Source of the DNA: Eledone cirrhosa
Taxonomy: Eukaryota
Direction of reading: 5' to 3'
Length of the DNA: 64,000 nt
NCBI GenBank assembly: GCA_964016885.1
Contig: OZ024744.1
Location: 132,928,001-132,992,000 of the forward strand
Numbering within the stretch: the first letter of the stretch is position 1; every line of letters begins with the position of its first letter. Below are positions 26,810-40,500 of this stretch, in pieces. The position numbers and the translations under genes are program-made. Under the pieces are notes generated by a model that was not told the DNA's origin, did no database searches, and worked only from the letters and a program-made list of their open reading frames with translations.

Positions 26810-29800
26810 AACTTAACTTATCCTCAACTTAACTTATCCTCAACTTAACTTAACCCCAACTTAACTTAACCCCAACTTAACTTAACCCCAACTTAATTTA
26901 ACCCCAACTTAACTTAACCTCAACTTAACTTAACCCCAACTTAACTTAACCCCATCTTAACTTAACCCCAACTTAACTTAACCCCATCTTAACTTAACCC
27001 CAACTTAACTTAAACCCAACTTAACTTAACCCCAACTTAAATTATCCCCAACTTAACTTATCCTCAACTTAACTTAACCCCAACTTAACTTAACCCCAAC
27101 TTAACTTAACCCCAACTTAATTTAACCCCAACTTAACTTAACCTCAACTTAACTTAACCCCAACTTAACTTAACCCCATCTTAACTTAACCCCAACTTAA
27201 CTTAACCCCAACTTAACTTAAACCCAACTTAACTTAACCCCAACTTAATTTAACCCCAACTTAACTTAACCTCAACTTAACTCAACCCCAACTTAACTTA
27301 ACCCCAACTTAACTGAACCCTAACTTAACTTAACCCCGACTTAACTTAACCCCAACTTAACTTAACCCCAACTTAACTTAACCCCAACTTAACTTAACCC
27401 CAACTTAACTTAAACCCAACTTAACTTAACCCCAACTTAAATTATCCCCAACTTAACTTATCCTCAACTTAACTTAACCCCAACTTAACTTAACCCCAAC
27501 TTAACTTAACCCCAACTTAATTTAACCCCAACTTAACTTAACCTCAACTTAACTTAACCCCAATTTAACTCAACCCCAACTTAACTCAACCCCAACTTAA
27601 CTTAACCCCAACTTAACTGAACCCTAACTTAACTTAACCCCGACTTAAATTAACCCCGACTTAACTTAACCCCAACTTAACTTAACCCCAACTTAACTTA
27701 ACCCCAACTTAACTTAACCCCAACTTAACTTAACCCCAACTTAAATTAACCCCAACTTAACTTACACTCAACTTAACTAACCAACTTAACTTAACCCCAA
27801 CTTAACTTAAACCCAACTTAACTTAACCCCAACTTAACTTAGCCCCAACTTAACTTAACCCCAACTTAACTTAACCCCAAATTAAATTAACCTCAACTTA
27901 ACTTAACCACAACTTAACTTAACCCCGACTTAACTTAACCCCAACTTAACTTAACCCCAACTTAACTTAGCCCCAACTTAACTTAGCCCCAACTTAACTT
28001 AGCCCCAACTTAACTTAACCCCAACTTAACTTAACCGCACCTTAACTTAACCTCAACTTAACTTAACTGCAACTTAACTTAACCCCAACTTAACTTAACC
28101 CCAACTTAACTCAAAACCAACTTAACTCAACCCCAACTTAACTCAACCCCAATTTAACTCAACCCCAACTTAACTCAACCCCAACTTAACTTAACCCCAA
28201 CTTAACTGAACCCTAACTTAACTTAACCCCGACTTAACTTAACCCCGACTTAACTTAACCCCAACTTAACTTAACCCCAACTTAACTTAACCCCAACTTA
28301 ACTTAACCCCAACTTAATTTAACCCCATCTTAACCCCAACTTATCTTAACCCCAACTGAACTGAACCCCAACTTAATTTAACCCCAACTTAAATAAACCC
28401 CAACTTAACTTAACCCCAACTTAACTTAACCCCAGCTTAACTTAACCCCAACTTAACTCAGCCCCAACTTAACTTAGCCCCAACTTAACTTAACCCCAAC
28501 TTAACTTAACCCCAACTTAACTTAACCCCAACTTAACTTAACCCCAACTTAACTTAAACCCAACTTAACTTAACCCCAACTTAAATTATCCCCAACTTAA
28601 CTTATCCTCAACTTAACTTAACCCCAACTTAACTTAACCCCAACTTAACTTAACCCCAACTTAATTTAACCCCAACTTAACTTAACCTCAACTTAACTTA
28701 ACCCCAACTTAACTTAACCCCATCTTAACTTAACCCCAACTTAACTTAACCCCAACTTAACTTAACCCCAACTTAAATTAACCCCAACTTAACTTAACCC
28801 CAACTTAACTTAACCCCGACTTAACTTAACCCCAACTTAACTTAACCCCAACTTAACTTAACCCCAACTTAACTTAACCACAAATTAACTTAACCCCAAC
28901 TTAACTTAACCCCAACTTAACTTAACCCCAACTTAACTTAACCCCAACTTAACTTAACCCCGACTTAACTTAACCCTAACTTAACTTAACCCCAACTTAA
29001 CCCCGACTTAACTTGACCCCAACTTAACTTAACCCCAACTTAACTCAACCCCAACTGAACTGAACCCCAACTTAATTTAACCCCAACTTAAATAAACCCC
29101 AACTTAACTTAACCCCAACTTAACTTAACCCCAGCTTAACTTAACCCCAACTTAACTCAGCCCCAACTTAACTTAGCCCCAACTTAACTTAACCCCAACT
29201 TAACTTAACCCCAACTTAACTTAACCCCAACTTAACTTAACCCCAACTTAACTTAAACCCAACTTAACTTAACCCCAACTTAACTTATCCTCAACTTAAC
29301 TTATCCTCAACTTAACTTAACCCCAACTTAACTTAACCCCAACTTAACTTAACCCCAACTTAATTTAACCCCAACTTAACTTAACCTCAACTTAACTTAA
29401 CCCCAACTTAACTTAACCCCATCTTAACTTAACCCCAACTTAACTTAACCCCATCTTAACTTAACCCCAACTTAACTTAAACCCAACTTAACTTAACCCC
29501 AACTTAAATTATCCCCAACTTAACTTATCCTCAACTTAACTTAACCCCAACTTAACTTAACCCCAACTTAACTTAACCCCAACTTAATTTAACCCCAACT
29601 TAACTTAACCTCAACTTAACTTAACCCCAACTTAACTTAACCCCATCTTAACTTAACCCCAACTTAACTTAACCCCAACTTAACTTAAACCCAACTTAAC
29701 TTAACCCCAACTTAATTTAACCCCAACTTAACTTAACCTCAACTTAACTCAACCCCAACTTAACTTAACCCCAACTTAACTGAACCCTAACTTAACTTAA

Positions 29801-31520
29801 CCCCGACTTAACTTAACCCCAACTTAACTTAACCCCAACTTAACTTAACCCCAACTTAACTTAACCCCAACTTAACTTAACCCCAACTTAACTTAAACCC
29901 AACTTAACTTAACCCCAACTTAAATTATCCCCAACTTAACTTATCCTCAACTTAACTTAACCCCAACTTAACTTAACCCCAACTTAACTTAACCCCAACT
30001 TAATTTAACCCCAACTTAACTTAACCTCAACTTAACTTAACCCCAATTTAACTCAACCCCAACTTAACTCAACCCCAACTTAACTTAACCCCAACTTAAC
30101 TGAACCCTAACTTAACTTAACCCCGACTTAAATTAACCCCGACTTAACTTAACCCCAACTTAACTTAACCCCAACTTAACTTAACCCCAACTTAACTTAA
30201 CCCCAACTTAAATTAACCCCAACTTAACTTACACTCAACTTAACTAACCAACTTAACTTAACCCCAACTTAACTTAAACCCAACTTAACTTAACCCCAAC
30301 TTAACTTAGCCCCAACTTAACTTAACCCCAACTTAACTTAACCCCAAATTAAATTAACCTCAACTTAACTTAACCACAACTTAACTTAACCCCGACTTAA
30401 CTTAACCCCAACTTAACTTAACCCCAACTTAACTTAGCCCCAACTTAACTTAGCCCCAACTTAACTTAGCCCCAACTTAACTTAACCCCAACTTAACTTA
30501 ACCGCACCTTAACTTAACCTCAACTTAACTTAACTGCAACTTAACTTAACCCCAACTTAACTTAACCCCAACTTAACTCAAAACCAACTTAACTCAACCC
30601 CAACTTAACTCAACCCCAATTTAACTCAACCCCAACTTAACTCAACCCCAACTTAACTTAACCCCAACTTAACTGAACCCTAACTTAACTTAACCCCGAC
30701 TTAACTTAACCCCGACTTAACTTAACCCCAACTTAACTTAACCCCAACTTAACTTAACCCCAACTTAACTTAACCCCAACTTAATTTAACCCCATCTTAA
30801 CCCCAACTTATCTTAACCCCAACTGAACTGAACCCCAACTTAATTTAACCCCAACTTAAATAAACCCCAACTTAACTTAACCCCAACTTAACTTAACCCC
30901 AGCTTAACTTAACCCCAACTTAACTCAGCCCCAACTTAACTTAGCCCCAACTTAACTTAACCCCAACTTAACTTAACCCCAACTTAACTTAACCCCAACT
31001 TAACTTAACCCCAACTTAACTTAAACCCAACTTAACTTAACCCCAACTTAAATTATCCCCAACTTAACTTATCCTCAACTTAACTTAACCCCAACTTAAC
31101 TTAACCCCAACTTAACTTAACCCCAACTTAATTTAACCCCAACTTAACTTAACCTCAACTTAACTTAACCCCAACTTAACTTAACCCCATCTTAACTTAA
31201 CCCCAACTTAACTTAACCCCAACTTAACTTAACCCCAACTTAAATTAACCCCAACTTAACTTAACCCCAACTTAACTTAACCCCGACTTAACTTAACCCC
31301 AACTTAACTTAACCCTAACTTAACTTAACCCCAACTTAACTTAACCACAAATTAACTTAACCCCAACTTAACTTAACCCCAACTTAACTTAACCCCAACT
31401 TAACTTAACCCCAACTTAACTTAACCCCGACTTAACTTAACCCTAACTTAACTTAACCCCAACTTAACCCCGACTTAACTTGACCCCAACTTAACTTAAC
31501 CCCAACTTAACTCAACCCCA
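26810..31520 (+). repeat. 2467-bp-offset duplication (about 26810-29055 and 29280-31520)
   Basis: Markers at offset 2467: double ttatcctc 26821/29288, ttacactc 27764/30231 and aactgaactgaacccc 28354/30821. Confidence 0.88.
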
Positions 31521-34500
31521 ACTTAACTTAACCCCAACTTAACTCAGCCCCAACTTAACTCAGCCCCAACTTAACTTAGCCACAACTTAACTTAACACCA
31601 ACTTAACTTAACCCCAACTTAACTTAACCCCAACTTAACTCAATCCCAACTTAAATTAACCCCATCTTAACTTAACCCCAACTTAACTTAACCCCAACTT
31701 AATTAACGCCAACTTAAATTAACCCCAACTTAACTTAACACCAACTTAACGTAACCCCAACTTAAATAAACCCCAACTTAAATTAACCCCAACTTAACTT
31801 AACCCCAACTTAACTTAACCCCAACTTAACTCAGCCCCAACTTAACTTAGCCTCAACTTAACTTAACCCCAACTTAACTTAACCCCAACTTAACTTATCC
31901 CCAACTTAACTTAACCCCAACTTAACTTAAACCCAACTTTACTTAACCCCAACTTAAATTATCCCCAACTTAACTTATCCCCAACTTAACTTAACCCCAA
32001 CTTAACTTAACCCCAACTTAATTTAACCCCAACTTAACTTAACCCCAACTTAACTTAACCCCAACTTAACTTAACCCCAACTTAACTTAACCCCAACTTA
32101 ATATAACCCCAACTTAACTTAACCCCAACTTAACTCAACCCCAACTTAAATTAACCCCAACTTAAATTAACCCCAACTTAACTTAACCCCAACTTAATTA
32201 ACCCCAACTTAAATTAACCCCAACTTAACTTAACACCAATTTAACGTAACCCCAACTTAAATAAACCCCAACTTAAATTAACCCCAACTTAACTTAACCC
32301 CAACTTAACTTAACCCCAACTTAACTCAGCCCCAACTTAACTTAGCTCCAACTTAACTTAACCCCAACTTAACTTAACCCCAACTTAACTTAACCCCAAC
32401 TTAACTTATCCCCAACTTAACTTATCCCCAACTTAACTTAAACCCAACTTAACTTAACCCCAACTTAAATTATCCCCAACTTAACTTATCCCCAACTTAA
32501 CTTAACCCCAACTTAACTTAACCCCAACTTAACTTAACCCCAACTTAATTTAACCCCAACTTAACTTAACCTCAACTTAACTTAACCCCAACTTAACTTA
32601 ACCCCAACTTAACTTAACCCCAACTTAAATTAACCCCAACTTAACTTAACCCCAACTTAACTTAACCCCGACTTAACTTAACCCCAACTTAACTTAACCC
32701 CAACTTAAATTAACCCCAACTTAACTTAACCACAAATTAACTTAACCCCAACTTAACTTAACCCCAACTTAACTTAACCCCAACTTAACTTAACCCCAAC
32801 TTAACTTAACCCCAACTTAACTTAAACCTAACTTAACTTAACCCCAACTTAACCCCAACTTAACTTGACCCCAACTTAACTTAACCCCAACTTAACTCAA
32901 CCCCAACTTAACTTAACCCCAATTTAACTCAGCCCCAACTTAACTCAGCCCCAACTTAACTTAGCCCCAACTTAACTTAACACCAACTTAACTTAACCCC
33001 AACTTAACTTAACCCCAACTTAACTTAACCCCAACTTAACCTATCCCCAACTTAACTGAACTCCAACTTAACTCAACCCCAACTTAAACTAACCCCAACT
33101 TAACTTAACCCCAACTTAACTTAACCCCAACTTAATTAACCCCAACTTAAATTAACCCAAACTTAACTTAACACCAACTTAACGTAACCCCAACTTAATT
33201 TAACCCCAACTTAAATTAACCCCAACTTAACTTGCCCCCAACTTAACTTACCCCCAACTTAACTTCACCCCACCTTAATTTAACCCCAACTTAATTTAAC
33301 CCCTACTTAACTTAAACCCAACTTAACTTAACCCCAACTTAACTTAACCCCAAATTAACTCAACCCCAACTTAACTCAACCCCAACTTAACTTAACCCCA
33401 ACTTAACTTAACCCCAACTTAACTTAACCACAAATTAACTTAGCCCCAACTTAAATTAACCCCAACTTAACTCAACCACAACTTAACTTAACCCCGACTT
33501 AACTTAACCCCACCTTAACTTAACCTCAACTTAACTTAACTGCAACTTAACTTAACCCCAACTTAACTTAACCCCAACTTAACTCAACACCAACTTAACT
33601 CAACCCCAACTTAACTCAACGCCAATTTAACTCAACCCCAACTTAACTCAACCCCAACTTAACTTAACCCCAACTTAACTGAACCCTAACTTAACTTAAC
33701 CCCGACTTAAATTAACCCCGACTTAACTTAACCCCAACTTAACTTAACCCCAACTTAACTTAACCCCAACTTAACTTAACCCCAACTTAACTTAACCCCA
33801 ACTTAAATTAACCCCAACTTAACTTAAACTCAACTTAACTAACCAACTTAACTTAACCCCAACTTAACTTAAACCCAACTTAACTTAACCCCAACTTAAC
33901 TTAGCCCCAACTTAACTTAACCCCAACTTAACTTAACCCCAAATTAAATTAACCTCAACTTAACTTAACCCCAACTTAACTTAACCCCGACTTAACTTAA
34001 CCCCAACTTAACTTAACCCCAACTTAACTTAGCCCCAACTTAACTTAGCCCCAACTTAACTTAGCCCCAACTTAACTTAACCCCAACTTAACTTAACCGC
34101 ACCTTAACTTAACCTCAACTTAACTTAACTGCAACTTAACTTAACCCCAACTTAACTTAACCCCAACTTAACTCAAAACCAACTTAACTCAACCCCAACT
34201 TAACTCAACCCCAATTTAACTCAACCCCATCTTAACTCAACCCCAACTTAACTTAACCCCAACTTAACTGAACCCTAACTTAACTTAACCCCGACTTCAC
34301 TTAACCCCGACTTAACTTAACCCCAACTTAACTTAACCCCAACTTAACTTAACCCCAACTTAACTTAACCCCAACTTAATTTAACCCCATCTTAACCCCA
34401 ACTTATCTTAACCCCAACTTAACTGAACCCCAACTTAATTTAACCCCAACTTAAATAAACCCCAACTTAACTTAACCCCAACTTAACTTAACCCCAGCTT

Positions 34501-37500
34501 AACTTAACCCCAACTTAACTCAGCCCCAACTTAACTTAGCCCCAACTTAACTTAACCCCAACTTAACTTAACCCCAACTTAACTTAACCCCAACTTAACT
34601 TAACCCCAACTTAACTTAAACCCAACTTAACTTAACCCCAACTTAAATTATCCCCAACTTAACTTATCCTCAACTTAACTTAACCCCAACTTAACTTAAC
34701 CCCAACTTAACTTAACCCCAACTTAATTTAACCCCAACTTAACTTAACCTCAACTTAACTTAACCCCAACTTAACTTAACCCCATCTTAACTTAACCCCA
34801 ACTTAACTTAACCCCATCTTAACTTAACCCCAACTTAACTTAAACCCAACTTAACTTAACCCCAACTTAAATTATCCCCAACTTAACTTATCCTCAACTT
34901 AACTTAACCCCAACTTAACTTAACCCCAACTTAACTTAACCCCAACTTAATTTAACCCCAACTTAACTTAACCTCAACTTAACTTAACCCCAACTTAACT
35001 TAACCCCATCTTAACTTAACCCCAACTTAACTTAACCCCAACTTAACTTAAACCCAACTTAACTTAACCCCAACTTAATTTAACCCCAACTTAACTTAAC
35101 CTCAACTTAACTCAACCCCAACTTAACTTAACCCCAACTTAACTGAACCCTAACTTAACTTAACCCCGACTTAACTTAACCCCAACTTAACTTAACCCCA
35201 ACTTAACTTAACCCCAACTTAACTTAACCCCAACTTAACTTAACCCCAACTTAACTTAAACCCAACTTAACTTAACCCCAACTTAAATTATCCCCAACTT
35301 AACTTATCCTCAACTTAACTTAACCCCAACTTAACTTAACCCCAACTTAACTTAACCCCAACTTAATTTAACCCCAACTTAACTTAACCTCAACTTAACT
35401 TAACCCCAATTTAACTCAACCCCAACTTAACTCAACCCCAACTTAACTTAACCCCAACTTAACTGAACCCTAACTTAACTTAACCCCGACTTAAATTAAC
35501 CCCGACTTAACTTAACCCCAACTTAACTTAACCCCAACTTAACTTAACCCCAACTTAACTTAACCCCAACTTAACTTAACCCCAACTTAAATTAACCCCA
35601 ACTTAACTTAAACTCAACTTAACTAACCAACTTAACTTAACCCCAACTTAACTTAAACCCAACTTAACTTAACCCCAACTTAACTTAGCCCCAACTTAAC
35701 TTAACCCCAACTTAACTTAACCCCAAATTAAATTAACCTCAACTTAACTTAACCCCAACTTAACTTAACCCCGACTTAACTTAACCCCAACTTAACTTAA
35801 CCCCAACTTAACTTAGCCCCAACTTAACTTAGCCCCAACTTAACTTAGCCCCAACTTAACTTAACCCCAACTTAACTTAACCGCACCTTAACTTAACCTC
35901 AACTTAACTTAACTGCAACTTAACTTAACCCCAACTTAACTTAACCCCAACTTAACTCAAAACCAACTTAACTCAACCCCAACTTAACTCAACCCCAATT
36001 TAACTCAACCCCAACTTAACTCAACCCCAACTTAACTTAACCCCAACTTAACTGAACCCTAACTTAACTTAACCCCGACTTAACTTAACCCCGACTTAAC
36101 TTAACCCCAACTTAACTTAACCCCAACTTAACTTAACCCCAACTTAACTTAACCCCAACTTAATTTAACCCCATCTTAACCCCAACTTATCTTAACCCCA
36201 ACTGAACTGAACCCCAACTTAATTTAACCCCAACTTAAATAAACCCCAACTTAACTTAACCCCAACTTAACTTAACCCCAGCTTAACTTAACCCCAACTT
36301 AACTCAGCCCCAACTTAACTTAGCCCCAACTTAACTTAACCCCAACTTAACTTAACCCCAACTTAACTTAACCCCAACTTAACTTAACCCCAACTTAACT
36401 TAAACCCAACTTAACTTAACCCCAACTTAAATTATCCCCAACTTAACTTATCCTCAACTTAACTTAACCCCAACTTAACTTAACCCCAACTTAACTTAAC
36501 CCCAACTTAATTTAACCCCAACTTAACTTAACCTCAACTTAACTTAACCCCAACTTAACTTAACCCCATCTTAACTTAACCCCAACTTAACTTAACCCCA
36601 ACTTAACTTAACCCCAACTTAAATTAACCCCAACTTAACTTAACCCCAACTTAACTTAACCCCGACTTAACTTAACCCCAACTTAACTTAACCCCAACTT
36701 AACTTAACCCCAACTTAACTTAACCACAAATTAACTTAACCCCAACTTAACTTAACCCCAACTTAACTTAACCCCAACTTAACTTAACCCCAACTTAACT
36801 TAACCCCGACTTAACTTAACCCTAACTTAACTTAACCCCAACTTAACCCCGACTTAACTTGACCCCAACTTAACTTAACCCCAACTTAACTCAACCCCAA
36901 CTTAACTTAACCCCAACTTAACTCAGCCCCAACTTAACTCAGCCCCAACTTAACTTAGCCACAACTTAACTTAACACCAACTTAACTTAACCCCAACTTA
37001 ACTTAACCCCAACTTAACTCAATCCCAACTTAAATTAACCCCATCTTAACTTAACCCCAACTTAACTTAACCCCAACTTAATTAACGCCAACTTAAATTA
37101 ACCCCAACTTAACTTAACACCAACTTAACGTAACCCCAACTTAAATAAACCCCAACTTAAATTAACCCCAACTTAACTTAACCCCAACTTAACTTAACCC
37201 CAACTTAACTCAGCCCCAACTTAACTTAGCCTCAACTTAACTTAACCCCAACTTAACTTAACCCCAACTTAACTTATCCCCAACTTAACTTAACCCCAAC
37301 TTAACTTAAACCCAACTTTACTTAACCCCAACTTAAATTATCCCCAACTTAACTTATCCCCAACTTAACTTAACCCCAACTTAACTTAACCCCAACTTAA
37401 CTTAACCCCAACTTAATTTAACCCCAACTTAACTTAACCCCAACTTAACTTAACCCCAACTTAACTTAACCACAAATTAACTTAACCCCAACTTAACTTA

Positions 37501-40500
37501 ACCCCAAATTAACTTAACCCCAACTTAACTTAACCCCAACTTAACTTAACCCCAACTTAACTTAAACCTAACTTAACTTAACCCCAACTTAACCCCAACT
37601 TAACTTGACCCCAACTTAACTTAACCCCAACTTAACTCAACCCCAACTTAACTTAACCCCAACTTAACTAAGCCCCAACTTAACTCAGCCCCAACTTAAC
37701 TTAGCCCCAACTTAACTTAACCCCAACTTAACTTATCCCCAACTTAACTGAACCCCAACTTAACTTAACCCCAACTTAATATAACCCCAACTTAACTTAA
37801 CCCCAACTTAACTCAACCGCAACTTAAATTAACCCCATCTTAACTTAACCCCAACTTAACTTAACCCCAACTTAATTAACCCCAACTTAAATTAACCCCA
37901 ACTTAAATTAACACCAACTTAACGTAACCCCAACTTAAATAAACCCCAACTTAAATTAATCCCAACTTAACTTAACCCCAACTTAACTTAACCCCAACTT
38001 AACTCAGCGCCAACTTAACTTAGCCACAACTTAACTTAACACCAACTTAACTTAACCCCAACTTAACTTAACCCCAACTTAACTTAACCCCAACTTAACT
38101 TATCCCCAACTTAACTGAACCCCAACTTAACTTAACCCCAACTTAACTTAACCCCAACTTAACTTAACCCCGACTTAACTTAACCCTAACTTAACTTAAC
38201 CCCAACTTAACCCCGACTTAACTTGACCCCAACTTAACTTAACCCCAACTTAACTCAACCCCAACTTAACTTAACCCCAACTTAACTCAGCCCCAACTTA
38301 ACTCAGCCCCAACTTAACTTAGCCACAACTTAACTTAACACCAACTTAACTTAACCCCAACTTAACTTAACCCCAACTTAACTCAATCCCAACTTAAATT
38401 AACCCCATCTTAACTTAACCCCAACTTAACTTAACCCCAACTTAATTAACGCCAACTTAAATTAACCCCAACTTAACTTAACACCAACTTAACGTAACCC
38501 CAACTTAAATAAACCCCAACTTAAATTAACCCCAACTTAACTTAACCCCAACTTAACTTAACCCCAACTTAACTCAGCCCCAACTTAACTTAGCCTCAAC
38601 TTAACTTAACCCCAACTTAACTTAACCCCAACTTAACTTATCCCCAACTTAACTTAACCCCAACTTAACTTAAACCCAACTTTACTTAACCCCAACTTAA
38701 ATTATCCCCAACTTAACTTATCCCCAACTTAACTTAACCCCAACTTAACTTAACCCCAACTTAACTTAACCCCAACTTAATTTAACCCCAACTTAACTTA
38801 ACCCCAACTTAACTTAACCCCAACTTAACTTAACCCCAACTTAACTTAACCCCAACTTAATATAACCCCAACTTAACTTAACCCCAACTTAACTCAACCC
38901 CAACTTAACTCAACCCCAACTTAAATTAACCCCAACTTAAATTAACCCCAACTTAACTTAACCCCAACTTAATTAACCCCAACTTAAATTAACCCCAACT
39001 TAACTTAACACCAATTTAACGTAACCCCAACTTAAATAAACCCCAACTTAAATTAACCCCAACTTAACTTAACCCCAACTTAACTTAACCCCAACTTAAC
39101 TCAGCCCCAACTTAACTTAGCTCCAACTTAACTTAACCCCAACTTAACTTAACCCCAACTTAACTTAACCCCAACTTAACTTATCCCCAACTTAACTTAT
39201 CCCCAACTTAACTTAAACCCAACTTAACTTAACCCCAACTTAAATTATCCCCAACTTAACTTATCCCCAACTTAACTTAACCCCAACTTAACTTAACCCC
39301 AACTTAACTTAACCCCAACTTAATTTAACCCCAACTTAACTTAACCTCAACTTAACTTAACCCCAACTTAACTTAACCCCAACTTAACTTAACCCCAACT
39401 TAAATTAACCCCAACTTAACTTAACCCCAACTTAACTTAACCCCGACTTAACTTAACCCCAACTTAACTTAACCCCAACTTAAATTAACCCCAACTTAAC
39501 TTAACCACAAATTAACTTAACCCCAACTTAACTTAACCCCAACTTAACTTAACCCCAACTTAACTTAACCCCAACTTAACTTAACCCCAACTTAACTTAA
39601 ACCTAACTTAACTTAACCCCAACTTAACCCCAACTTAACTTGACCCCAACTTAACTTAACCCCAACTTAACTCAACCCCAACTTAACTTAACCCCAATTT
39701 AACTCAGCCCCAACTTAACTCAGCCCCAACTTAACTTAGCCCCAACTTAACTTAACACCAACTTAACTTAACCCCAACTTAACTTAACCCCAACTTAACT
39801 TAACCCCAACTTAACCTATCCCCAACTTAACTGAACTCCAACTTAACTCAACCCCAACTTAAACTAACCCCAACTTAACTTAACCCCAACTTAACTTAAC
39901 CCCAACTTAATTAACCCCAACTTAAATTAACCCAAACTTAACTTAACACCAACTTAACGTAACCCCAACTTAATTTAACCCCAACTTAAATTAACCCCAA
40001 CTTAACTTGCCCCCAACTTAACTTACCCCCAACTTAACTTCACCCCACCTTAATTTAACCCCAACTTAATTTAACCCCTACTTAACTTAAACCCAACTTA
40101 ACTTAACCCCAACTTAACTTAACCCCAAATTAACTCAACCCCAACTTAACTCAACCCCAACTTAACTTAACCCCAACTTAACTTAACCCCAACTTAACTT
40201 AACCACAAATTAACTTAGCCCCAACTTAAATTAACCCCAACTTAACTCAACCACAACTTAACTTAACCCCGACTTAACTTAACCCCACCTTAACTTAACC
40301 TCAACTTAACTTAACTGCAACTTAACTTAACCCCAACTTAACTTAACCCCAACTTAACTCAACACCAACTTAACTCAACCCCAACTTAACTCAACGCCAA
40401 TTTAACTCAACCCCAACTTAACTCAACCCCAACTTAACTTAACCCCAACTTAACTGAACCCTAACTTAACTTAACCCCGACTTAAATTAACCCCGACTTA

